Positions 9,629 to 17,500 of a stretch of 64,000 bases of DNA are shown piece after piece. The translations under genes and the position numbers were made by a program. Each line of letters begins with the position of its first letter. Position 1 is the first letter of the stretch. The stretch is from a virus, in IMG/VR virus record IMGVR_UViG_3300023179_000032, positions 57,983 through 121,982 of that record; one strand, given 5' to 3'. The notes under the pieces were generated by a model, which saw only the letters and a program-made list of their open reading frames with translations, ran no database searches and was not told the origin of the DNA.

Positions 9629-11397
9629 TTAAGATACAGGATCTTAGTGTTAAGAATTTTATGAGCGTGGGTAATAATACCCAAGCCGTCGACTTCGGCC
9701 GAGAGCAATTAACTTTAGTATTAGGCGAAAATTTAGATCAAGGAGGTGATGATTCAGGAAGCCGTAATGGTACCGGGAAAACCACAATTGTCAATGCTCT
9801 AAGTTATGCGCTCTACGGCCAAGCATTAACCAACATCAAGAAAGATAACTTAGTCAATAAAACTAATGGCAAAGCCATGTTGGTCAAGTTAAACTTTGAA
9901 AAGAATGGTGTTGAATATCGTATTGAACGTGGACGTAGGCCTAATGTGTTTAAGTTTTTTGTCAATGGCTTAGAACAAGAAGTCATTGATGAAAGTCAAG
10001 GTGATGTAAGAGAAACACAGAAAGACTTAGATGAACTACTAGGTATGAGCCATGATATGTTTAAGCATATTGTGGCATTAAACACATACACAGAGCCATT
10101 TCTAAGTATGAGGGCTGCGGATCAACGTATGATCATTGAGCAATTATTAGGTATTACCCTGCTCAGTGATAAGAGTGAAAGTTTAAAAAATCAAATAAAA
10201 GAAACTAAGGATGCTATACAGCAAGAATCTGCTAATATTGAAGCAGTCAAACGCAGTAATGAACGTATTGAACAAAGTATAAACAGTCTACTTTCTAAAC
10301 AACGTGCTTGGCTCAGTCAACAAGAACAGGATTTAGAAAAGATTGCTAATAGTATTTTAGAATTACAGAGTATAGACATTGAACAAGAACTGGAACAACA
10401 TAATAAATTAAAAAGTTATCTTGAACTAAGTGCTCGTATTAATAGTTTGAACAAGGAAAAGGCCACATTAGAGACTGCTGTTAGTCAGGCTGAACGTAAT
10501 GTTAAGAATTATACTGTTGAATTAAAAAAATTAGCCAATAATAAATGTTCCAAGTGTGATCAAAACTTGCCAGGACATATGCACGATGAACTAAAAGCCG
10601 AGGCTGAAAACAATTTAGATGAAGCACAAACTTATCTTAACAATGTAGATTTTAAATTAACCAATGTGGTAGCAGAATTAGATGAGATTGGTGATATAAA
10701 TGGCAGACCTCAAACATTTTATGATACAATAGAAGAAGCATTAAAGCATCAAAACAATCTTGCTACACTGGAAAAAACTCTACTAAGTCGTAGTGAAGAA
10801 CGGGACCCATATCAAGAACAGATAGATGAACTGCGTAGTACAGCCATACAGGAAATTAGTTGGGACAATGTTAACCAACTTACTGAACTAAAAGAACATC
10901 AAGAATTTTTACTTAAATTATTGACCAGTAAGGATAGTTTTATTCGTAAAAAGATCATTGATCAGAACTTGGCCTACTTGAATAATAGGTTAAGTTATTA
11001 TTTGGATCGTATGGGACTACCCCATCAGGTTAGTTTTTTAAATGATCTTAATGTGGAAATCACACAGTTAGGACAGGATTTAGACTTTGATAACTTAAGC
11101 AGAGGTGAACGTAATAGATTAATCTTAGGATTAAGTTGGGCATTTAGAGATGTATGGGAAAGCCTATACCAGAATATTAATCTGTTGTTTATTGACGAAC
11201 TTATTGACAATGGCTTAGATGCCAGCGGTGTTGAAAGTGCTCTAGCAGTATTAAAGAAAATGGCCAGAGAACGCAATAAGAATATCTACTTGATCAGTCA
11301 TAAGGATGAACTAGTTGGACGAGTAAACAATGTATTAAAAGTTATTAAGGAAAATGGTTATACCAGTTATGCTAACGACTTGGAGATCATGGGGTGA
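9625..11397 (+). CDS. gp46: Recombination ATPase subunit, gp46 (Rad50/SbcC-like)
   Basis: Walker A GSRNGTGKTT, coiled coil with CSKC zinc hook, signature LSRGE, Walker B LLFIDE, H-loop ISH. Confidence 0.92.
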   Translation: MIKIQDLSVKNFMSVGNNTQAVDFGREQLTLVLGENLDQGGDDSGSRNGTGKTTIVNALSYALYGQALTNIKKDNLVNKTNGKAMLVKLNFEKNGVEYRIERGRRPNVFKFFVNGLEQEVIDESQGDVRETQKDLDELLGMSHDMFKHIVALNTYTEPFLSMRAADQRMIIEQLLGITLLSDKSESLKNQIKETKDAIQQESANIEAVKRSNERIEQSINSLLSKQRAWLSQQEQDLEKIANSILELQSIDIEQELEQHNKLKSYLELSARINSLNKEKATLETAVSQAERNVKNYTVELKKLANNKCSKCDQNLPGHMHDELKAEAENNLDEAQTYLNNVDFKLTNVVAELDEIGDINGRPQTFYDTIEEALKHQNNLATLEKTLLSRSEERDPYQEQIDELRSTAIQEISWDNVNQLTELKEHQEFLLKLLTSKDSFIRKKIIDQNLAYLNNRLSYYLDRMGLPHQVSFLNDLNVEITQLGQDLDFDNLSRGERNRLILGLSWAFRDVWESLYQNINLLFIDELIDNGLDASGVESALAVLKKMARERNKNIYLISHKDELVGRVNNVLKVIKENGYTSYANDLEIMG

Positions 11398-11654
11398 AAC
11401 CTCCACGTGATGAAGAACTCCATGATCAGTTAATGGATGCATTTAGGAGATATTACAAGGCAAATCAAGAATGGGTTGAGAAAGGCACACGTAGGGCAGG
11501 ATTAAAAACTAGAAAACTACTTAGTGAAATTAGGCATATTGCTATAGAACGTCGTGAAGTAATCATGCAATGGCGTTATGAAATAGATAGAGAAAAGGCA
11601 GAACGTAAGGCACTTCAAAAGGCAAAGAATAAAAAGGTCGATGACAATATATAA
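11394..11654 (+). CDS. Small basic protein, possibly histone H1-like (Hc1-type) DNA-binding protein
   Basis: GTG start overlaps the gp46 stop; K/R-rich; EKGTRRAGLKTRKLLSEI resembles the recalled EKGNKAAGTRARK pattern of bacterial Hc1-like proteins. Confidence 0.45.
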   Translation: MKPPRDEELHDQLMDAFRRYYKANQEWVEKGTRRAGLKTRKLLSEIRHIAIERREVIMQWRYEIDREKAERKALQKAKNKKVDDNI

Positions 11655-12095
11655 TTGATGTCATGGACTCATCAAGGCCAATTAGTTACAGAAATTCCAG
11701 AAGAGTATATAGGCTTCGTTTATCTTATTACGAATACACAGTCAGGCCGTATGTATATAGGCAAAAAGTTGGCACAATTTGCAAAAACAACTTACAAAAT
11801 AGTAAAACTAAAAAATGGTACTAAAAAACGTAAGCGAATCAGAGGCAAAGTAGCAAGCGATTGGCGAGATTATTATGGCAGCAATGATGAACTCAAGGCA
11901 GATGTACAGAGATTAGGCACTGAAAATTTCACAAGAGAAATATTATATTATTGTACCAGTAAGTCAGAATGTAGTTACGTTGAGGCAAGAGAACAATTTT
12001 CAAGGCGTGTATTAGAATCAGACGATTACTATAACGGGCACATTCAGGTCAGAGTTCACGGCAAATATATTAAAGGCAAAATATTACACGGTTAA
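11655..12095 (+). CDS. Stand-alone GIY-YIG family nuclease
   Basis: GFVYLITNTQSGRMYIGKK (GIY...YIG), YYGS, conserved Glu (VEAREQ) and YNGHI; catalytic domain only. Confidence 0.8.
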   Translation: MMSWTHQGQLVTEIPEEYIGFVYLITNTQSGRMYIGKKLAQFAKTTYKIVKLKNGTKKRKRIRGKVASDWRDYYGSNDELKADVQRLGTENFTREILYYCTSKSECSYVEAREQFSRRVLESDDYYNGHIQVRVHGKYIKGKILHG

Positions 12096-12445
12096 GGCTA
12101 GGCACTGGCCAATTTCAGGTGCCCCTATACCTGGACCACGAGTCGCAGGGATGGAAAACTCACCGCCGTAGTGAGTACTCAGCCACTACCCGCAAGGATG
12201 ACGATCACTTAAATGCCGTGATTTGGCTGTTTGAACAGGATTAAAAGGCTAAAAGACGCTGTAAAAACGCAGCACGTTAGTATATGGTGATAGCATACTA
12301 TATAGTAACCGCCGTTGTATGAAGACTGTGCTCGAGGTACCGGACAACCGCCTCTGTAACGCACTAATGCTATGGACTGAGCAACTCGCATAATGTTCCT
12401 TTCGCCCTCGGATGGGCGAAGAGTGACGTCACAATCTGCATAATA
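12096..12445 (+). ncRNA. Candidate large structured non-coding RNA (strand inferred)
   Basis: ~50% GC by hand count against AT-rich flanks; about 10 stems including GGCAC/GTGCC 12101-12123, CCTG-GAC/GTC-CAGG 12130-12149, CTCAC/GTGAG 12159-12175, CAGCCA/TGGCTG 12180-12229, a 13-of-14-bp stem 12276-12309, nested GTGC-GAGG-CGG 12328-12364 and TTCGCCC/GGGCGAA 12401-12420; no credible ORF. Confidence 0.6.
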
Positions 12446-12472
12446 TATAAAAACAAAAGAAGAAAGAAAAAG

Positions 12473-12520
12473 TTTTTAGGACGATAAGTCCTAAAAAAGA
12501 GTGAGCGTAGCTTCACTCTC
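12473..12520. other. Two hairpins after an A-rich tract (possible terminator or origin-like element)
   Basis: TTTTTAGGAC-GATAA-GTCCTAAAAA (10-bp perfect stem, 12473-12497) and AGAGTGA...TCACTCT (12499-12519); on the - strand the first hairpin is followed by a U-rich run. Confidence 0.45.
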
Positions 12521-12524
12521 ACCG

Positions 12525-12532
12525 TATAAATA
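12525..12532 (+). promoter_or_regulatory. T4-type late promoter TATAAATA
   Basis: Exact T4 late consensus, 4 nt before the ATG at 12537. Confidence 0.75.
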
Positions 12533-12536
12533 CCAT

Positions 12537-13460
12537 ATGAAAGTTAATGAATTATTATCCGAAACAGAGTTAGATGAATTTATTGGTACTCTTGGTGCTG
12601 CTTTAGGTCTTGGTGCTAAAGCAATAGGTGGATTGATGCGTGGAGCAAGAAATGTTCCTAAAAACATATCTAAAGTACCTGTACCTACAGTACCTACTGC
12701 TAAACAAGCAACTAAAATAGCAAAACAGCAATATAAAGATAGCTGGCTGAATAAATTGGGATTTTCTAAAAATACAACTGTTGGAAAATGGCGTATTGAC
12801 AGTATGAAAAAAGCGGTTCAAAAAAGAGGTATGAAAAATCAAGCAAAAGCAATACAGCACAATATGGAAGTAGCTACTTCTATACAGGACAAGATGGCTA
12901 ACTTGGGACTAAGTGTTGTAAGTACAGGCTTTTTCTTTTATGCTACTTATGATTATTTGATGAGTCGTTGGGCATTAGATCCTAATGATCCTAATTATGA
13001 TGCTCAATTGGCTAAGTTGAATGCTGAATTTCTAATGGGATTTCTTGTGCCTAAAGTAATAGGAAGTATAGGCAAAATTAGTTCTGGTCTAGTAGGTAGA
13101 TTAATGAAGATGACTGGGCTACCTAAAGCAGGCGAAATGGCTGCTAGATGGGGACGTCATGTATCACGTGTTGGTGAAGTAGCTGCTATGGCATGGCTTC
13201 GAACTGATGCTGGAAAAAAATGGTTTGCACAAACTTTTGCAGCAGCCATGGGGTTATTTACAGATGCAGGATATGCTTTAGAAGGTTTATTTAAACTTGT
13301 CAGTGATGTTGTTAAAGATCCTGAGGGCTTTGTAAAAGATTTATGGGATAAAATTAAATTGCCTAAGGTGCATGATGCTTATGCAGGAACATCAGCTGCT
13401 GGTAGTATAACAAAAATGGTTCCAGATATAGTTACATCAAAGGAAGGCCGCTTTTCTTAG
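12537..13460 (+). CDS. Hypothetical late protein with Gly/Ala-rich hydrophobic helices (possible internal/ejected virion protein)
   Basis: The track starts at GTG 12501, but the late promoter lies inside that extension, so ATG 12537 (MKVNELLSETELDE) is the likelier start. Confidence 0.7.
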   Translation: MKVNELLSETELDEFIGTLGAALGLGAKAIGGLMRGARNVPKNISKVPVPTVPTAKQATKIAKQQYKDSWLNKLGFSKNTTVGKWRIDSMKKAVQKRGMKNQAKAIQHNMEVATSIQDKMANLGLSVVSTGFFFYATYDYLMSRWALDPNDPNYDAQLAKLNAEFLMGFLVPKVIGSIGKISSGLVGRLMKMTGLPKAGEMAARWGRHVSRVGEVAAMAWLRTDAGKKWFAQTFAAAMGLFTDAGYALEGLFKLVSDVVKDPEGFVKDLWDKIKLPKVHDAYAGTSAAGSITKMVPDIVTSKEGRFS

Positions 13461-13665
13461 TAAGTTCTATATTTTCTTTAATGATATTATTCATTATTTG
13501 TCTATCTTCAAAAGTATAGATATGAAATAGATCCTGAGAACTTACACCTCCTCGCATATACCAACTTATACTAAAGATATCATCCTTAATCTGTTTGATC
13601 TGTAGTTCAAAGCTGTCAAGAAAATCTTTGATCTCAGAGTCAGGGATATAGATCAGTTTCGTTCG
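13432..13665 (-). CDS. Open -1-frame extension of the gp26-like gene (gp51-position chaperone segment)
   Basis: Not in the track. 77 codons: RTKLIYIPDSEIKDFLDSFELQIKQIKDDIFSISWYMRGGVSSQDLFHIYTFEDRQIMNNIIKENIELTKKSGLPLM*. First in-frame ATG is at 13557 (41-aa product). Confidence 0.6.
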   Translation of the reverse strand, partial: RTKLIYIPDSEIKDFLDSFELQIKQIKDDIFSISWYMRGGVSSQDLFHIYTFEDRQIMNNIIKENIELTKKSGLPLM

Positions 13666-13671
13666 AAAAAA
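13629..13671 (-). promoter_or_regulatory. Putative -1 ribosomal frameshift signal
   Basis: In-frame slippery heptamer U UUU UUC (13671-13665), 9-nt spacer, then stem UGAUCU (13655-13650)/AGAUCA (13634-13629). Confidence 0.55.
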
Positions 13672-14492
13672 CTTGATTGATCCAAAGTAACTACTACTTT
13701 ACTTTGATGTTCACATTCTGGACAGGTCACATCTTGTTGTGGAACATCCCATTGTGCTTTATTTTGTTCTAATTTATTTTTAATGTGTTTAAAATATTCT
13801 TTATCACTATTCTGAATCCATTCTTTGATAAAGGCTTTGTCAGTGACAATACCATCTGGAGTTTCAATAGCTTCAATACTTTGTTCAAATAAATTTAACT
13901 GTAAATTACTAATTCTTTGAAATACTTCGTTTTGACTTTTTATAGTACCGTCATCATCACCTTGACTTTCCATCCTATTAAGTTGACTCAGCATTTTTTG
14001 AAGTTTATAATTTTCAATATTAAACTCTGTAGTTTCCTCATAGCGTAGTGGCCTAATTACTACATTAAGATCATGGCAAGGAATCCTATTATCATAGGTT
14101 TGGCCGCTTAAGTATTCTATCACTCTGCTTAGATCAATTTCATAGTCATTAATACTTTGACAGTTTGGACAACGATGTGTTATGCTCATCATTGCCCCAA
14201 AGGTAGCAATTCGTATACTGGCCAACAAACAATCTACATCAATGCTGGGCATTTTCCAAGCATTTTTAATAGTAGGACAGCAACTTTCTATGGTTTTTAC
14301 CACTGCATCACCAGTAAAAAGTGCATCTGGAGTTTTCATAATGATTTCATCCATTCCAGTCATACCGTAGATTGGTATATTTACAGGTTTGCCTTCTAGA
14401 CTACCTTCTTCGTAAAATGCTCCTTTACTGGGCAAATCAATATGAATTTTAGGCTGTCTAAAATATTTTTGTAATGGATTTTTGTTGTTCAT
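13653..14492 (-). CDS. gp26: Baseplate hub assembly protein, gp26-like
   Basis: NPLQKYFRQPKIHIDLPSKGAFY, PIYGMTGMDEI, DVDCLLASIRIATFG and two CxxC motifs (CPNC, CPEC); adjacent to the tape-measure-like gene. Confidence 0.8.
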   Translation of the reverse strand: MNNKNPLQKYFRQPKIHIDLPSKGAFYEEGSLEGKPVNIPIYGMTGMDEIIMKTPDALFTGDAVVKTIESCCPTIKNAWKMPSIDVDCLLASIRIATFGAMMSITHRCPNCQSINDYEIDLSRVIEYLSGQTYDNRIPCHDLNVVIRPLRYEETTEFNIENYKLQKMLSQLNRMESQGDDDGTIKSQNEVFQRISNLQLNLFEQSIEAIETPDGIVTDKAFIKEWIQNSDKEYFKHIKNKLEQNKAQWDVPQQDVTCPECEHQSKVVVTLDQSSFFERN

Positions 14493-14500
14493 CTTTACTC

Positions 14501-14526
14501 CATAAATATATAGGCAATTATTTATA
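14501..14526. promoter_or_regulatory. Pair of face-to-face late promoters
   Basis: CATAAATA on + (14501-14508) towards 14553 and TATAAATA on - (14526-14519) towards 14492. Confidence 0.65.
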
Positions 14527-14552
14527 AGTCGTAAAAATCACCGGAAAAATAT

Positions 14553-17500
14553 ATGGCAGATGAAAAAGGTATAGTAGGTAAAACTGTAGATCAAGTTAAG
14601 AAGTTGGGTACTGCTGCGGAAAAGGTAGTTACCCCACTTCAGAAGATGAATGAAGTATTCGAGAATTTAAGCACAACGGGGAATACTTTTGGCAATGACA
14701 TAATAAAGATGCAAATTGCTGCTGCGAATTCTCGTATGCCTTTGGAAGATTTTGCCAAATTATTACAAGAAAATAATACAACAATGGGAACTTTGGCCGG
14801 TAGCGTGGGCAAAGGTTCTCAGGTATTTGCAGATCTAGCCAAGTCATTTCATGCCAGCGGACTAGCAGAAAATCTTAGACAGATGGGATTTAGTTCACGT
14901 GAGCTGAATGAAGTATTGGCTCTACAGGTAGGATTCCAAAAAAGTACATATGAAAACAGTGTAGAAGGACAGAAGAAAGCCACTGCCGCTGCTGCATCCT
15001 TAGCCATGGAGATGGATGCATTAACACAAATCACTGGACAAAGTCGTAAAGATCAGGAGGAAAATTTAAAGAAAGTTCAGGCTGATATGAAGCTTGAATC
15101 TAAGTTTAGAATGATTGGCGCCATGTACGGTGCTGATAAGGAGAAAGAAGCTAGAGATAATTTTGCTGCCAACTATACTCAAATGGCAGCAAAAGGTATG
15201 GGGGATCTTTATAAGGAAGTATTTGCCACAGGTACTACCATGACTAAAGGCGCTCAAGCTCAACAGAGTATGTTTGGTAAAGCTGGTCTGGCCGCTGCTA
15301 AAAGTGCTGTAGAGCTTAGTAGAGGAAATAGTGAATTAGCTAAGGTTTATAATGAACGTGCTCAGGTAGAAGTAATGGCTCTACAAAAAAGCAGAGCATT
15401 TTTAGCAGCAGGTATTTGGGCTACTGGTGATATAGGTGAAGCTGTACGTGGTAACATCAAGGCCAATGATACAGCTTTCCATGGTATGCAGCAGACCATG
15501 AAAGAGCATAAAATTGCCACCAATGACATCACTGAGGCATTGAAAAAACAACGTGAAGAGATTAAGAAAGAACAAGATGCTCGCAGCGGCGTAACACAAA
15601 GTATTAGAACATTTGGCATTGTAATGGATGATGTAAGAGCAGCCATTGCCAACAGATTATTAACTAATATTAACAAAGAATTAAACAAGCCTGGTTTAGA
15701 CGCATCAGGTCAATTTTTACAAACTAAACCAGGCGAAGATCCCAGAAAAAGAGCCCAATTGTATGCAGATGCTCTAGAGAAGGAAGCAGCAGGTGACAAG
15801 GCTAATAAATTAACCCCTGCCAGTAGGCAAAAGTTAATTGAAGAAGTAATTGGACAATATGGTGGTGATTTAGCCACACAACTTTTAGGATTCAGTGCTA
15901 AAGCAGCAGTAAGTGCCTTTAAAGGTGACTTAAAAGAAACATTAAGAGAAGGGTTTAATCAACTAACTGTAGGAACAATTAATGTAGGTGAAATCAAACA
16001 AGGCAAGGAAGGTAGAGCTGGTGGTACATTAGGCGAAACAGGAAGAGTAGTTGAGCCTAAAGATGTTCATGCTCTGTTGCACAAAGGTGAAATGGTACTC
16101 ACACAGGAACAACAGAAAAATCTTATATCTAATGTAAGGACTGAAGCTATAGCTGATATAATGGCAAAAATTCAAAATCAAGCAACAGTATCACAACCAG
16201 GAAAGTTACCTAGTATAGATTTAAACAAATTTGCCAAGGATATTGCTACAACAACTAGTAAGGTTGAAGTACAAAATTGGCCTAAAGAATTTAAAGTTGC
16301 TGATGGTGCAGCAACAGCTGGAGCTCAAAAACCTGCTGAACAAAAACCTGCTGAAAAGAAAGAAGAAACTAAACCAACTGAAACAAAAGCAGAAAAGGCC
16401 AGTAAAGTAGCAGAAGAAGTATTGATCAAATCGGGTGATACTCTTAGCGGCCTAGCTAAGAAATATGGTACCAGTGTAGCAGAAATAATGAAGGCTAATC
16501 CTGCTATTAAGGATGCTAATAAAATTTTAGCCGGCGCAAAATTAACTATACCAGGACAAGAAAAGAAAGAAGAAACTAAAAAAGAAGAAAAGAAAGACGA
16601 GAAGAAAACAGAGCAGGCTACTATATCTGATGCCGATGCTAGAAAATCTTGGCGTGAAAGAGAAGCTAAAACATTAGAAAAACAAACTCCTACTCAGGCC
16701 AGTGTACGAGCTGTAGATAATGCTATAGATAAAAAGCCTAAGGAAGATACCAAATCAAACTATACAGAAACAAGTAAAACTACAGTAAAAGTTAATGGTA
16801 AAGAAGTTGACCCCAATAGTCAAGAAGGTAAAAATGCTGTAGCTTTCTTAAAAGAAAAAGAAGAAAAATTAAACAAGGCAATGAGTGAAGGTTTTGATCC
16901 GCAAAAAATTGCCACTGCCCTACAAAGTCAAGTTTCGGCATCTGTACAAAAAGATACTGGTGGCGGGGATAATGTAGTTCGTCGTAATGCTGAAGAAGCA
17001 GCGCAGGAAAATAATAAGTTTAAGATAAAAGTAGAACAGGATTATAACGATCATTGGGTTAAAACTAGAGACGAAGCTGCTCAAAAAATTGTTGATTTAG
17101 AGAAAAAAGCTGCTACCGAAACTCTTACTAAACGTGAACAAAATGAGTTGACTTTTCAAAAAAATCTAAAAGCACAAGCAGATGAGGAAATAGCTACAAG
17201 CACTGCTAATTTAGAAATATTTAAAAATCTCGGCAAGGAAATGGGTAAGGCAATTACGTCACCATTAACTGATGCTAAGGAAGAAATTAAATCTAATAGT
17301 GAAAAAATCAAAGAGGATATGAAGGAAGCACTGCCAGTTCAAGGTATGCGAGATAAGACTGAAGAAGCAGAGCAGGAGAAGAAACGAGAAGAACTCTATC
17401 AACGCCAAATGGAGAGACAGGCAAAAATAAACGATTTAGCCAAGGCCAAAGAAGCTGCTACTGAACGAGGAGATCAAGCAAGCGCAGCTATGGACACTAT

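Noticed and set aside
12209-12391. 60-aa minus-strand ORF in the structured region
   Set aside because: No ribosome-binding site, atypical composition, overlaps dense helices; better explained as non-coding.
12096-12500. Group I intron housing the GIY-YIG gene
   Set aside because: No interrupted host gene (flanking ORFs are complete); only weak R/S-like strings (GAAGACUG, GAUAAGUCC) and no convincing P3/P7 core. A covariance-model search should still be run.
12501-12536. GTG-initiated N-terminal extension of the 319-aa ORF
   Set aside because: Contains a hairpin arm and the TATAAATA promoter; ATG 12537 fits better.
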